A DNA stretch of 64,000 nucleotides from an uncultured Candidatus Rokubacteria bacterium (GCA_963747235.1 CAVVEU010000024.1:320001-384000), one strand, 5' to 3'; shown: positions 30,806 to 42,671, numbered from the stretch's first letter. Numbers and translations are program-made. The notes: a model not told the origin generated them from the sequence alone.

Positions 30806-32024
30806 ATGGACAAGGTCACACGGCGGAAGTTCCTCGGTGGAGCCACGCTCGCGGCGGCCGGCACGGCGATGGGCCCGTGGGTGCTGCGCGCCGGCGCGCA
30901 GTCGGGCCCGATCAAGATCGGCGTCGTGCTGCCGTACTCGGGCGTCTACGCGGTGCTCGGCGAGTCCATCACGCAGGGCATGGAGCTGGTCTTCGGCCGC
31001 GAGAACTGGACGGTGGCGGGGCGCAAGATCGAGATGATCAAGGAAGACGACGAGATGCAGCCGCCGGTGGGCGTCCGCAAGACCGAGAAGCTCATCGACT
31101 CCGACAAGGTGGACATCCTCACCGGGCCGGTGCACAGCGGCATCCTGATGGGCATGCGCGACAAGGTCCACAACAGCAAGACCATCCTGATCGTCTCCAA
31201 CGCGGGCGCCGACGCGATCAGCCGCGAGCGCTGCTCGAAGTGGATCTTCCGCACCTCGTTCTCGAACTGGCAGCCCTGCCAGCCCATGGGCGGCTGGGTG
31301 GCCAAGAACGTGTCGAAGGACGTGTTCCTGACCGCGCCCAACTACCAGGCCGGCAAGGACATGATGAACGCCTTCAAGGAGACCTTCGTGCCCGGCCGGC
31401 GGCAAGATCGTGGCCGAGGACTACCCGAAGCTCGGCGAGACGGACTACGCGCCGTACCTGACCAAGATCCGGCAGTCCGGCGCCAAGGCGGTGTTCGCCT
31501 TCTTCTCGGGCACGGACGCGGTGAACTTCGTGAAGCAGTACGCCCAGTTCGGGCTCAAGCAGAACATCAAGCTCACCGGCGCGGGCTTCCTCACCGAGCC
31601 CGACGTGCTGCCCGGCCCAGGGCGCCGTCCGCGCTGGGGGTCATCACCGGGCACTTCTACACGCCGCTGCTCGACAACGCCACGAACCACCGCTTCGTGA
31701 AGGAGTTCCGCGACAAGTACTTCGGCAAGATGCCCGACGGCTTCGCCTGCCAGGGGTACGACACCGCCGAGGTGATCGTCCGGGCGCTCAAGGCGGTCAA
31801 CGGCAACACCCAGGACAAGGACAAGCTGGTGGACGTCATCGCCAAGGTGGAGTTCGACAGCCCGCGGGGCCGCTTCAAGTTCGACCCCAAGACGCACAAC
31901 GTGATCCAGCCGTTCATCTACGTCCGCGAGGTGCGCGAGGTCGTACGGCGGGCTCAACAACGTGCCGATCGACAAGGTCGCCAACGTGACGGATCCCGGC
32001 ACCGGCTGCACGCTCCCGGCCTGA
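30806..32024 (+). CDS. ABC transporter substrate-binding protein (LIV-like, aromatic-acid type), Tat-exported, with indels
   Basis: TRRKFL Tat motif, IKIGVVLPYSGVYA, LTGPVHSG, FRTSFSNWQ, DSPRG; three or more indels. Confidence 0.88.
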
Positions 32025-32046
32025 TCGAGGGGACGCGGCACCCCGC

Positions 32047-32913
32047 ATGCCGGCCGATCTGTTCGCGCAGGCGCTGAACGGGCTGGCCTACGGGGTGCTG
32101 CTGTTTCTGCTGTCCGTCGGGCTCACGCTGATCTTCGGCATGCTCGACGTGGTCAATCTCGCCCACGGCTCGTTCTACATGCTGGGCGCCTACGCGGGGC
32201 TCTCCCTCATCGCGGGCACCGGCAATTTCTGGCTGGCCCTGCTGCTGGCCCCGCTGGCGGTGGGCCTCATCGGGGCGCTGGTGGAGGTGAGCTGCCTCCG
32301 CCCGCTCTACCGGCGGCCGCCGCTCGACCAGGTCCTGCTGACCTTCGGGTTCATCTATCTCTTCGAGGACCTGGCGAAGTGGATCTGGGGCGGCCGCATC
32401 CGCTCGATCTCGCCGCCCGATCTCTTCTCGGGCTCGGTGTCGGTGTGGGGCGCGATCATCCCGTCCTACCGGCTCTTCGTCATCGTGTTCGGGCTCGTGA
32501 TGGCGGTGCTGCTCTGGCTCCTGATCGAGCGCACGCGCCTGGGGGCGATCATCCGCGCGGGCGTGTTCGACGCCGAGATGACGGGCGGGCTCGGCATCAA
32601 CATCAAACTTGTTTTCACGACCGTGTTCGCGTTCGGGGCCGCGCTCGGCGGGCTCTCCGGCGTCATCGCGGGGCCGATCCAGTCCGCCTACCCGTCCATG
32701 GGCGTGGCCATCCTGATCCCCGCGCTGATCGTGGTGGTGGTGGGCGGGCTCGGCAGCCTCAAGGGCTCGCTGGTCGGCAGCCTCGTCATCGGCCAGGCCG
32801 AGACCTTCGGGAAGGCGTGGCTGCCCGACTCCTCCATGCTGATCATCTACGTGGTGATGGCCACCGTGATGCTGCTCCGGCCCCAGGGGCTCTTCGGCCG
32901 CCCGCTCAAGTGA
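32047..32913 (+). CDS. LIV-type ABC permease (LivH-like)
   Basis: GLTLIFGMLDVVNLAHGSFYM, TRLGAIIRA, VVGGLGS. Confidence 0.9.
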   Translation: MPADLFAQALNGLAYGVLLFLLSVGLTLIFGMLDVVNLAHGSFYMLGAYAGLSLIAGTGNFWLALLLAPLAVGLIGALVEVSCLRPLYRRPPLDQVLLTFGFIYLFEDLAKWIWGGRIRSISPPDLFSGSVSVWGAIIPSYRLFVIVFGLVMAVLLWLLIERTRLGAIIRAGVFDAEMTGGLGINIKLVFTTVFAFGAALGGLSGVIAGPIQSAYPSMGVAILIPALIVVVVGGLGSLKGSLVGSLVIGQAETFGKAWLPDSSMLIIYVVMATVMLLRPQGLFGRPLK

Positions 32914-33833
32914 CGCTGCGCCTCGTCGGTCTCGCGCTGGTCGTGGTGGCGCTGGCGCTCTTCCCGCTCAGCGCCGGCAACTACCCGGTGAAGCTCCTCC
33001 AGGAGATCCTGATCTGGGGCCTCTTCGCGATGAGCCTCGATCTGCTGATGGGCTACGCGGGCATGGTGTCCTTCGGCCACTCCGCCTTCTTCGGCATCGG
33101 CGGCTACGTGGCCGCGCTCGCGCTCGCCAAGAGCCCGGGGCTGATCTCGGCCCTCGTGCTGCCCGCGCTGGCCGCCGGCCTCGCCGCGCTGGTCATCGGC
33201 TTCTTCTCGATCCGGGTGAGCGGCGTGTACTTCATCATGCTCACGCTCGCCTTCTCGCAGATGTTCTACGCCTACGCCTTCCAGGTGTCCTGGCTCGGGG
33301 CCGAGGACGGGCTGGTCGGCATCCCGCGCCCGGTGGTGCCGGGCGTGAACGTCTCGAGCCTGCGCGGCTTCCACGGCTACCTGCTCGTCGTGGTGACGCT
33401 CAGCGCGCTCGCGCTCTGGCGCATCGTCCGCTCGCCCTTCGGCCACGTGCTGCGCGGCATCCACGAGAACGAGGCGCGCATGGAGGCGGTCGGCTACGCG
33501 GTGGACCGCTACAAGCTGCTGGCCTTCGTCATCGCGGGCGTCTTCGCGGGCCTCGCCGGCTCGCTCTACGCGCAGTTCAACGGCTCGATCGGGCCGGACG
33601 CGTTCTTCTGGAAGACCTCCGGCGAGGCGCTGCTGATGGTCATCATCGGCGGCACCGGCACCCTCGGCGGCCCGGTCCTGGGCGCGGCCGCCTTCATCCT
33701 GCTGCAGAGCCTGGTCAGCACCTACACCGAGCGCTGGATGCTGATCCTGGGCGCGACGTTCATCCTCTTCGTGCTCTTCGCCCCCGGCGGCATCGTGGGC
33801 GCGCTGCGCGGCCGGGTGGGCCTGCGCGCATGA
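32910..33833 (+). CDS. LIV-type ABC permease (LivM-like)
   Basis: GTG 32910; GYAGMVSFGHSAFFG, SPFGHVLRGIHENE, IIGGTGT. Confidence 0.9.
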   Translation: MTLRLVGLALVVVALALFPLSAGNYPVKLLQEILIWGLFAMSLDLLMGYAGMVSFGHSAFFGIGGYVAALALAKSPGLISALVLPALAAGLAALVIGFFSIRVSGVYFIMLTLAFSQMFYAYAFQVSWLGAEDGLVGIPRPVVPGVNVSSLRGFHGYLLVVVTLSALALWRIVRSPFGHVLRGIHENEARMEAVGYAVDRYKLLAFVIAGVFAGLAGSLYAQFNGSIGPDAFFWKTSGEALLMVIIGGTGTLGGPVLGAAAFILLQSLVSTYTERWMLILGATFILFVLFAPGGIVGALRGRVGLRA

Positions 33834-34576
33834 CCGCGCCGCTCCTGGCCACCGACGCGCTGAGCCGCGCCTTCGGCGCGCTGAGCGCGCTGAACCGCGT
33901 GTCGCTCGAGGTCGCCCCGCGCGAGCGCCGGGCCATCATCGGCCCCAACGGCGCGGGCAAGACCACGCTCTTCAACGTCATCACCGGCCAGCTCGCCCCG
34001 ACGTCGGGCCGCATCCTCCTCGACGGCGCGCCGATCGGCGGGCTGGCCCCGCACGCGGTGGCCCGCCGCGGCATCTCGCGCTCGTTCCAGCGCAACAACC
34101 TCTTCCCGAAGCTCGCGGTGGAGGAGAACCTGCGGCTGGCCGCCGCGGTGGGCGCGCCCGGCACCTGGGATCTGCTGGGCAGCGTCACGCGCCGCCGCGG
34201 GCCGCTGGACCGGGCGCGCGAGGTGGCCCAGATCGTGGGCCTGTCCGACCGCCTGGGCGAGCCCGCCGGGCGCCTGTCCTACGGCGAGCAGCGCCAGCTC
34301 GAGATCGGCGTGGCGCTCGCCACCGGGCCGCGGCTCCTGCTCCTGGACGAGCCCACCGCCGGCATGTCGCCCGAGGAGACGCTGCGCATGACGCGCATGC
34401 TCGAGGCGCTGCCGCGCGAGGTGACGCTGCTGATCATCGAGCACGACATGGACGTGGTGGGCTCGCTCGCCGACCGCGTCACGGTGCTGCACTACGGTGA
34501 GGTGCTCACCGAGGGCACCTTCGCCGAGGTGAAGGCCGATCCGCGCGTCTACGAAGTCTACCTGGGGAGCGCCTGA
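33830..34576 (+). CDS. LIV-type ABC ATPase (LivG-like)
   Basis: GPNGAGKTT, LSYGEQR, LLLDEPTAG. Confidence 0.92.
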   Translation: MTAPLLATDALSRAFGALSALNRVSLEVAPRERRAIIGPNGAGKTTLFNVITGQLAPTSGRILLDGAPIGGLAPHAVARRGISRSFQRNNLFPKLAVEENLRLAAAVGAPGTWDLLGSVTRRRGPLDRAREVAQIVGLSDRLGEPAGRLSYGEQRQLEIGVALATGPRLLLLDEPTAGMSPEETLRMTRMLEALPREVTLLIIEHDMDVVGSLADRVTVLHYGEVLTEGTFAEVKADPRVYEVYLGSA

Positions 34577-34579
34577 GCC

Positions 34580-35269
<690 letters not shown>

Positions 35270-35281
35270 GCGGGCGCCGCC

Positions 35282-36559
35282 TCAGAGCAGCTTGAAGAGG
35301 CGGGGCAGGATCAGGGTGATCGGCGGGACCAGGATGATGATGACGAGCCCGATCAGCAGCACCGCCACGAAGGGCAGCATCGCGCGCGAGGCCCGGTCCA
35401 CCGACACCTCCGCGATCCCGCAGGCGATGAAGAGGCCCACCCCGATCGGGGGCAGGAAGAGCCCGATGCCGACCGCGGCCACGATGACGATGGCGTAGTG
35501 GATCGGGTCGATGCCGAGCCCGGCCGCCACCGGCAGCAGGCTCGGCAGCAGGATCACCACCGCGGGGAGCCCCTCGATCACCGCGCCGAAGAAGATGAAG
35601 ATGGCCGCGGTGAGGAAGAGGAAGATCACGCTGCTGCCCGGCACCACCGTCATGATCCGGATCATCGCGGCGGGCATCTGCTGGACGGTGAGAAACCACG
35701 AGACCACCCCCGCGGTGCCCAGCAGCAGGCCCACCGCCCCGGTGATCATCGCCGAGTTCATGATGATGCCGGGCAGGGCCTTCCACTCGATCTCGCGGTA
35801 GACGAAGAGGCCCACCACCGCGGCGTAGAGCACGGCCAGCACCGAGGCCTCGGTCGGCGTCATGATGCCGCCCAGGATGCCGCCGAAGATGATCGCGGGC
35901 ATGCCGAGCGGGATCAGCGCGTCGCGGAAGGCCACCCACAGCTCGCCGAGCGTCGGCCTGGGCTCGGCCGCGATGCCCATGCGCCCCGCGGTGCGCCAGA
36001 TGTAGGCCATCAGCACCAGCGCCATGACCACCGCGGGCAGGAAGCCGGCGGTGAAGAGCGCGGCCACCGAGAGGCTCGCCACCGAGCCGATCACGATCAT
36101 GAGGATGCAGGGCGGCACCAGGATGCCCATCGCGGAGGCCGCCGACACCACCGCGACCGCGAGCTCCCGGCTGTAGCCGGCGCGCACCATGCCCGGGATG
36201 GTGGTGGACGCGACCGCGGAGACGTCGGCCACCGTCGAGCCCGAGATGCCGGAGAAGATGTACTCGGCGGCCACCACCGCCATGCCGAGCCCGCCCCGCA
36301 CCCAGCCGACCAGCGCCACCGCCAGGCGCACGAGCCGATGCGCGATGCCGCCCGTCTCCATGAGGGCGCCGGCCAGGATGAAGAGCGGCAGCGAGAGCAG
36401 GACGAAGGAATCCACCTGGTGCAGGATCGTCTGCACCGTCACCGCGAGCGGGATCGGCGCGGCGAGGATGGCGCCGATGTAGCCGGCCAGCCCCACCGTC
36501 ACCGCCACCGGCACGCCGATGGCGAGCAGCACCAGGAAGACGAGGCAGACGAGGATCAT
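35282..36559 (-). CDS. dctM: TRAP transporter large permease
   Basis: LPLFILAGALM, FSGISGS, GILVPP, TPTEAS, PPIG; start ATG 36559. Confidence 0.9.
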   Translation of the reverse strand: MILVCLVFLVLLAIGVPVAVTVGLAGYIGAILAAPIPLAVTVQTILHQVDSFVLLSLPLFILAGALMETGGIAHRLVRLAVALVGWVRGGLGMAVVAAEYIFSGISGSTVADVSAVASTTIPGMVRAGYSRELAVAVVSAASAMGILVPPCILMIVIGSVASLSVAALFTAGFLPAVVMALVLMAYIWRTAGRMGIAAEPRPTLGELWVAFRDALIPLGMPAIIFGGILGGIMTPTEASVLAVLYAAVVGLFVYREIEWKALPGIIMNSAMITGAVGLLLGTAGVVSWFLTVQQMPAAMIRIMTVVPGSSVIFLFLTAAIFIFFGAVIEGLPAVVILLPSLLPVAAGLGIDPIHYAIVIVAAVGIGLFLPPIGVGLFIACGIAEVSVDRASRAMLPFVAVLLIGLVIIILVPPITLILPRLFKLL

Positions 36560-36993
36560 CGGCCGCGGGCCAGGCGCCAGAGCTGCGGCAGCGAGAAGAA
36601 GATCATGAGCGCGCCCCCGACGGGCAGCGCGCCGTAGAACCACACCATGGACAGCTCGAGCGAGTCGGAGACCTGCCCGCGCGCCACCGGCCACATGGCC
36701 ACGCCGCCCGCCACCAGCACGCCGCCGAAGACCACGACGAGCAGGCCGACCACCAGGTCGTTCGCGCGCCGCAGGCGGGGGCCGAGGCGGTCGATCAGCA
36801 GGTGGAGGCGGAAGTGGGCGCCGCGCCGGACCGCGGACGCGGCGCCCAGGAACACCATCCAGACGAAGCAGAGCCGCGCGACCTCGTCGTACCACTGGAA
36901 GGTCGCGTGCATCACGTAGCGGCTCCACACGCCGAGGAAGACGTCCGCCACCAGGACCAGCATCAGTCCCAGGCAGACCCAGTCGACGAGCAC
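36556..36993 (-). CDS. dctQ: TRAP transporter small permease
   Basis: Four TM helices, W.DEVARLCFVWMVFLGA, H..L.L motif. Confidence 0.88.
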   Translation of the reverse strand: MLVDWVCLGLMLVLVADVFLGVWSRYVMHATFQWYDEVARLCFVWMVFLGAASAVRRGAHFRLHLLIDRLGPRLRRANDLVVGLLVVVFGGVLVAGGVAMWPVARGQVSDSLELSMVWFYGALPVGGALMIFFSLPQLWRLARGR

Positions 36994-36994
36994 G

Positions 36995-37990
36995 CTACTT
37001 CGCGGTGGCCCGCGCCTCCGCGATCACCCGGTCCACCAGCTCCTTGCCCGCCTTCTGCTCGAGGAACTTCCAGACCGGCTGGGCGCGCTCCTGGAAGAGG
37101 CGGAGGTCCTTCACCTCGTTGACCTGCATGCCCTTGGCCTTCATGGCCGCGAGGCCTTCCACCTCCGCCTTCACCTCGTCCTGGCGGTGCTGGGCGCAGG
37201 AGGCGGTCATGGTCTCGTCGATCACCTTCTTGAGGTCCGCGGGTAGACCCTCGTACTTCGCCTTGGCCATGAGCCAGGCGGCGGCGGGATACGAGTGCTG
37301 CGTCTTCGAGTAGAACTTGGTGATCTCGTGGAACTTGTCGGAGACCGCGGTGGTCACCGGCAGCTCGAGTCCGTCCACCGTGCCCTGCCGCACCGCCATG
37401 TACACCTCGCCCCAGATCATCGGCACCGGGTTGGCCCCGAACTGCTTGAACACCTCGACCAGCGTCGGAATGGGCGGCACGCGGATGGTCTGGCCCTTGA
37501 GATCGTCGGGCACGAACACCGCCCGCTTGTTGGAGAGCACGCCGCGGAAGCCGAAGCCGCCGCCGTAGCAGAAGCCCTTGGCCCCGAGCGGCTCGAAGTG
37601 CTTGATCAGCTCCTTGCCGACCGGGCCGTCCATCACGCGCCACACGTGCTCGCGGCTCTGGTAGAGGAACGGCACGTCGGGGGCGAGCAGCTTGGGATCG
37701 AACTTGCCGCCCGCGGACGGCAGCGAGACCGCCGCGATGTCCACGGTGCCGAGCTGCATGCCCTCGATGGCCACGATCTCGTTCTTGGTGAGCTGCCCGG
37801 CCGGGTAGACCTCCACCTTGATGCGGCCGCCGCTCTTGGCCTCGGCGATCTCCTTGAACTTGTACGCGGCGGTGGTGAACGGGTTGTCGTTGCCGACGAT
37901 GGTGGCGAGCTTGAGGGTGACCACCTGGGCGGGCGCGGGCGTGACGAGCCCGAGGACGGTGAGCAGGACGAGCGCTGCGCGTAGGACCAT
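36995..37990 (-). CDS. dctP: TRAP transporter substrate-binding protein
   Basis: Signal peptide, SGGRIKVEVYP, DLKGQTIRV, GANPVPM..EVY..GTVDG. Confidence 0.9.
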   Translation of the reverse strand: MVLRAALVLLTVLGLVTPAPAQVVTLKLATIVGNDNPFTTAAYKFKEIAEAKSGGRIKVEVYPAGQLTKNEIVAIEGMQLGTVDIAAVSLPSAGGKFDPKLLAPDVPFLYQSREHVWRVMDGPVGKELIKHFEPLGAKGFCYGGGFGFRGVLSNKRAVFVPDDLKGQTIRVPPIPTLVEVFKQFGANPVPMIWGEVYMAVRQGTVDGLELPVTTAVSDKFHEITKFYSKTQHSYPAAAWLMAKAKYEGLPADLKKVIDETMTASCAQHRQDEVKAEVEGLAAMKAKGMQVNEVKDLRLFQERAQPVWKFLEQKAGKELVDRVIAEARATAK

Positions 37991-38091
37991 GACGAGCCTC
38001 CAGCGGCGTTGGGGGTGGGCGGCGTCTGCGCTTGCTTATATCCCAGGCTCCTCCGGGTCGCAAGCTTCGCGACTTTGCTACACTCGGCGCC

Positions 38092-38943
38092 ATGAGCTGG
38101 ATCGATCCGAACTTTCCCCATAGCGCGACGCCCACGGACCTGGTCGGCCGCGTGCTCGGGCTCAATCCCGGCATGATGACCGGGCCCGGCACCAACACCT
38201 ACCTGGTCGGCCGCACCTATCCGATCCTGATCGACACCGGGGCCGGCGAGTCCGACTACCCCGCGCTGTTCGAGCGCTACCTGCGCGAGCGCGGCTGGCG
38301 GCGGCCGGAGCGCATCATCCTGACCCACCGCCATCGCGACCACCTGGGCGGCGTCGGCCAGCTCCGCGAGCTGTTCCCCGGCGTGCCGGTGTCGAAGATG
38401 ATCTTCAAGGACTCCGGATTGCCCGAGGACGTGGACATGCTGCAGGACGGCGAGGTGGTGGAGGGCGACGGCGTCACCCTCGTGCCCGTCTACACCCCCG
38501 GCCACGCCTCCGACCACCTCTGCTTCTTCCTGAAAGAAGAGCAGGCGCTCTTCAGCGGCGACCTGATCCTGAACGGCTCCACCACCGTGATCCCCGACGA
38601 GGACGGCGACCTCGGTCTCTACCTCGACTCGCTCCGCCGCGTGCAGGCCCTCGGCGTGCGGCACATCTATCCGGCGCACGGCCCGGTGATCGAGGACGGC
38701 CCCGGCAAGATCCAGGAGTTCATCGATCACCGCATGCTGCGCGAGCGCCAGATCCTGGAAGTGCTGGGCGGCGGCCCGCGCACCGTGCCCGAGATCGTCA
38801 AGATGATCTACGCCGACGTGATGCCCGCGCTGCACCGCATGGCCGGCATGTCCGTGCACTCCCACCTGCGCAAGCTCAAGAGCGAGGCGCGGGTGAGCGA
38901 GGAGCCGGTGGCCGGCAGTCCTTCCCGCTGGACGCTGCTCTAG
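38092..38943 (+). CDS. MBL-fold metallohydrolase with C-terminal wHTH (LACTB2-like)
   Basis: NPGMMTGPGTNTY, THRHRDH, TPGHASDH, GD, PAHG, HR..RE, HLRKL. Confidence 0.88.
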   Translation: MSWIDPNFPHSATPTDLVGRVLGLNPGMMTGPGTNTYLVGRTYPILIDTGAGESDYPALFERYLRERGWRRPERIILTHRHRDHLGGVGQLRELFPGVPVSKMIFKDSGLPEDVDMLQDGEVVEGDGVTLVPVYTPGHASDHLCFFLKEEQALFSGDLILNGSTTVIPDEDGDLGLYLDSLRRVQALGVRHIYPAHGPVIEDGPGKIQEFIDHRMLRERQILEVLGGGPRTVPEIVKMIYADVMPALHRMAGMSVHSHLRKLKSEARVSEEPVAGSPSRWTLL

Positions 38944-38966
38944 CTCCCGCGGCGCGCGCCGATCCC

Positions 38967-40543
38967 GTGCTGCTGACCAACGGCCGGATCCACACGATGG
39001 ACGCGGCCGGCTCCGTGGTGGATTCCCTCGTGATCCGCGAGGGCCGCGTGGCCTTCGCGGGCCGGCGCGGCGACATCAACCCGGCGCCGCGCGAGCCCAC
39101 GCTCGACCTGGGCGGGCGCGCGGTGCTGCCGGGGCTGGTGGACGGCCACGGGCACCTGATGCTGCTGGCCCGCGCGCGGCTCGAGCTGAGCCTGGCCACC
39201 GCGCGCTCGGAGGACGAGATCGCGCGGATGGTCGCGGCGGCCGCGGCGCGGCTGCCGGCCGGGTGAGTGGATCACCGGGCGCGGCTGGGATCAGACGCGC
39301 TGGCCGGGCCAGGCGCTATCCGTCGCGCGCCTCGCTCGATCGCGCGGCGCCGGGGCATCCGGTCGCGCTCATCCGCGTGGACGGCCACGCGACGTGGGCC
39401 AGCGGCGAGGCGCTCACGCGTGCCGGCGTCACGCGCCACTCCACGGACCCGCCGGGCGGCCTGATCGCGAAGGACGCGCGCGGCGAGCCCACCGGGATCC
39501 TGATCGACCTGGCCCAGGACATCATCCGCGGGCTGATCCCGGCGCCGTCGGAGGAGCGCTTCGACCAGGCGGTGCGCGACACGATCGCCGAGTGCCTGGC
39601 CAAGGGGCTCACCGGCGCGCACGAGCCGGGCCTCGACCTCTCCGCGATCGCGTCGTACACGCGGCTGATCGAGCGCGATCAGTTCCCGTTCCGCGTCTTC
39701 GCGGCGCTCTCCGGCAAGAAGGCCTGGGGCCGCTACCGCGACGGCGCGCCCGAGACCGTGGGCGACGGGCGGCTGGTGGTGGGCGCGGTGAAGCTCTGGC
39801 TCGACGGCGCGCTCGGCTCGCGCGGGGCCGCGCTGCACTCGCCCTACTGCGACGACCCCGCGAACACCGGGCTCGTGCTGGTGCCGCCCGAGGACGTGGA
39901 GCGGCTGACCCGCGAGGTGAGCGCGCGCGGCTTCCACGTGTGGGTGCACGCCATCGGCGATCGCGCCAATACCATGGTGCTCGACGTGTTCGAGCACGTG
40001 CGGGCCGACGGCGGCCCGCACGCACGATTGCGCGTCGAGCACGCCCAGATCCTCACGCCCGCCGACATCCCGCGCTTCGCGCGCCTGGGCGTGGTGCCGA
40101 GCATGCAGCCCACGCACTGCACCTCCGACATGCGCTGGGCCGGCGAGCGTCTCGGCCCCGAGCGCCTGGCCGGCGCCTACGCCTGGCGCTCGGTGCTGGA
40201 CAGCGGGGCCTACATCGCGGGCGGCTCCGACTTCCCGGTGGAGGACGCCAACCCCTTCCACGGCCTCCACGCCGCGGTGACGCGGCGGCCGCTCGAGGGC
40301 GCCGATCCGGGCTGGCAGCCCGGGCAGCGCATGACGCGGGACGAGGCGGTGCGCTCGTTCACGATCTGGAACGCGCGCTCCGTCGGCCTCGAGGCCGACC
40401 AGGGCTCGCTCGAGGTGGGCCGGCGCGCCGATCTCATCGCGCTCTCGGACGACGTCTTCACCTGCGACCCATCGGCGATCGCGCGCATCACGCCCACGCT
40501 GACGATGGTGGGGGGCGAGACGGTGGCGGGCGCGGCGGGCTAG
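38967..40543 (+). CDS. Amidohydrolase 3 family (YtcJ-like), indels near 39260-39315
   Basis: LPGLVDGHGH, GRGWDQ, DGHA, KLWLDGALGSRGA, HAIGDRA, EHAQ, QPTH, GSDFP. Confidence 0.88.
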
Positions 40544-41926
40544 AAGCGCAGCAGCAGCAGGAAGCTCGTCGGTGGCCATCAGGTTGCTGGCCGCGTGGGC
40601 CAGCATGCCGGGCAGCAGGCTGCGCGTGCGCTCGTAGCCCAGCGCCCAGATCATCCCGCTCCAGGTGACCGCCGCGAAGCCCTGCAGCCCGTAGCCGTGG
40701 GCCACGCCGAAGAGCGCCGCGCTCAGCAGGGCGGCGGGCCAGGGCGGCAGGCGGAGGCGCAGGGTGGGGTAGAGCAGGCCGCGGAAGGCCAGCTCCTCGA
40801 AGACGGGCGCCCAGATCACGCCGTCGACCGTGCCGGCCATCACGGTGGCCGGCGAGCCCCACAGGAAGTCCTCGAGGAAGCCGTCCGCCCAGTGCGACGT
40901 GACGCCGAGGGCGGTGAGCCCCATGGAGATCAGGCTCTCGCCCGCCATCGAGATGCCGAGCAGCACGATGCCCCAGCCGATGACGCGCAGGGCCTGCCCG
41001 TGCGGCACGCGCAGGCCGAAGGTCTCGCGGAGTGTCTCCCCGCGGGCGTGCAGGTAGCGGCGGACCCACCAGACCATCGGCACGCCGCCCAGCAGCCCCA
41101 TGGCCAGCGTGCTGCCCGGCGTGCGCGGCAGCAGGAGGACCAGCGCCGCGGGCATGAGCAGGTAGGCGAAGGCGGCGCGGAAGAAGAGGCCGAGCCCGTC
41201 GGCCCCGCGCCAGACGGGCGGCAGCGGCGCGTCCGCCACGGTCGCGCCGCGCGGGGCGCGGGGCAGGCGCCACACGAGCACCAGCGCGAGCAGGAACAGG
41301 CCCACGCCCGTGCCGGTGAGCCCCCGCACCCGCCGCAGCAGCGCGTGCCCGCGGGCCTCGATGCTCGCCTCCGCCTCGGCCTGGAGCGCCGGGTCGTCCA
41401 CCCGCGTGGCGATGCGGCGCGTGAGCGTGTCGGTGAACCAGTCGCGCGGCAGCTCGCGGCGGATCTCCTCGGCCATCAGGGTGGCGTCCTGCGGCGACGG
41501 CGCCTCGAGATAGGCGGCGTCGAGCCAGCGCCCGTACTGCGCGGCCGCGGTGTCCGTGCTGTCCAGGGCCTCGATGATGGAGGCGGCGCGCTCGAGCTGG
41601 CCGTTCTCGGCCAGCAGCACCACGAGATCCAGATCGGTGCGCGCGGTGCGCTGCTCCTCGTCCAGCTCGTCGAAGCGCGCGATGGCGTCCTCGAACGTCT
41701 CCGGCTCCGAGCCGGTGAGCTCGTAGAGCCGCTTCTCCCACCGGGGTAACTCGTCCATCACGTCGTGCAGATCCATCTCGCGGGAGACCAGGCGCTCGAG
41801 CGATTCCTCCGGCCGGTCCAGGTTGGCGAGCGGCGAGCCCCAGCTCCAGTAGAAGAAGCCGACCAGCAGGACGGTGAGCACGGCGTAGAGCGCCGTGGCC
41901 CAGGGAGAGAAGTAGCGGGTGGTCAG
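40540..41926 (-). CDS. CPBP/CAAX-type intramembrane metalloprotease with a large extracytoplasmic N-terminal domain
   Basis: APVFEELAFRG, FGVAH, HAASN; N-terminal TM followed by a soluble helical domain; indel just before the stop; start codon uncertain (CTG). Confidence 0.8.
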
Positions 41927-42648
41927 GATTTGCGTGCCGCGGCCACGAGCGCGGAGAAGAGGCGCCGGGCCGGCTCCGAATGGCCCACCAGCTCCTCCGG
42001 ATGCCACTGCACGCCGAGCACGAAGCGCGCGGGATCACTGATCTCCGCGCCCTCCACGAGCTGATCGGGCGCCCACGCCACCGCGGTGAGGCCGCGGCCG
42101 AGGCGGTGGATCGCCTGGTGATGCATGCTGTTCACCTCGATCTCGTCGGTGCCCAGCGTCTCGGCCAGCCGGCTGCCCGGCGTGACCTTCACCTTGTGGG
42201 TGGGCTGATCCCGCGGCTCCTTCTGGCTGTGCGGGATCTGCGTGCCGGGCTCGGTGGCCACGTCCTGGTAGAGCGTGCCGCCGAGCGCCACGTTCAGCAC
42301 CTGGACGCCACGGCACACCGCGAGCACGGGCACGCCGCGCGCGAGCGACAGGTTCAGCACCGAGGTCTCGAGCGTGTCGCGCGACGGGGCGACGTCATAG
42401 AGCGTGGCATGCGGCGCCTGGCCGAAGAGGGCCGGATCCATGTCGCCGCCGCCGGTGAGCAGGAGCCCGTGGAGCTCGCCGGCGAGCTGCTGGAGCGACG
42501 CGGCGGAGAGCTGCGGCGGCAGCGGCACCGGCACGCCGCCGGCCTGCTGGACCGCGTGCAGGTAGGCGGAATTCACGTACGCGCGCTCGGGACTTGCGCC
42601 CACCGTGATGGAGGTGCTGACGCCGATGAGCGGCAAGCGGTGAGCCAT
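41923..42648 (-). CDS. Gamma-glutamyl-gamma-aminobutyrate hydrolase-like (peptidase C26, PuuD-like)
   Basis: LLLTGGGD, AVCRGVQVLNVALGGTL, NSMHHQA, GVQWHPE. Confidence 0.9.
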   Translation of the reverse strand: MAHRLPLIGVSTSITVGASPERAYVNSAYLHAVQQAGGVPVPLPPQLSAASLQQLAGELHGLLLTGGGDMDPALFGQAPHATLYDVAPSRDTLETSVLNLSLARGVPVLAVCRGVQVLNVALGGTLYQDVATEPGTQIPHSQKEPRDQPTHKVKVTPGSRLAETLGTDEIEVNSMHHQAIHRLGRGLTAVAWAPDQLVEGAEISDPARFVLGVQWHPEELVGHSEPARRLFSALVAAARKS

Positions 42649-42671
42649 GGCGGTATGTTAGCATACGCGCC
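42649..42671. promoter_or_regulatory. Symmetric bidirectional extended -10 promoter
   Basis: 23-bp gap containing the palindrome GTATG-TTAG-CATAC; plus strand TGtTAGCAT-7nt-ATG; minus strand TGcTAACAT-6nt-ATG. Confidence 0.7.
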
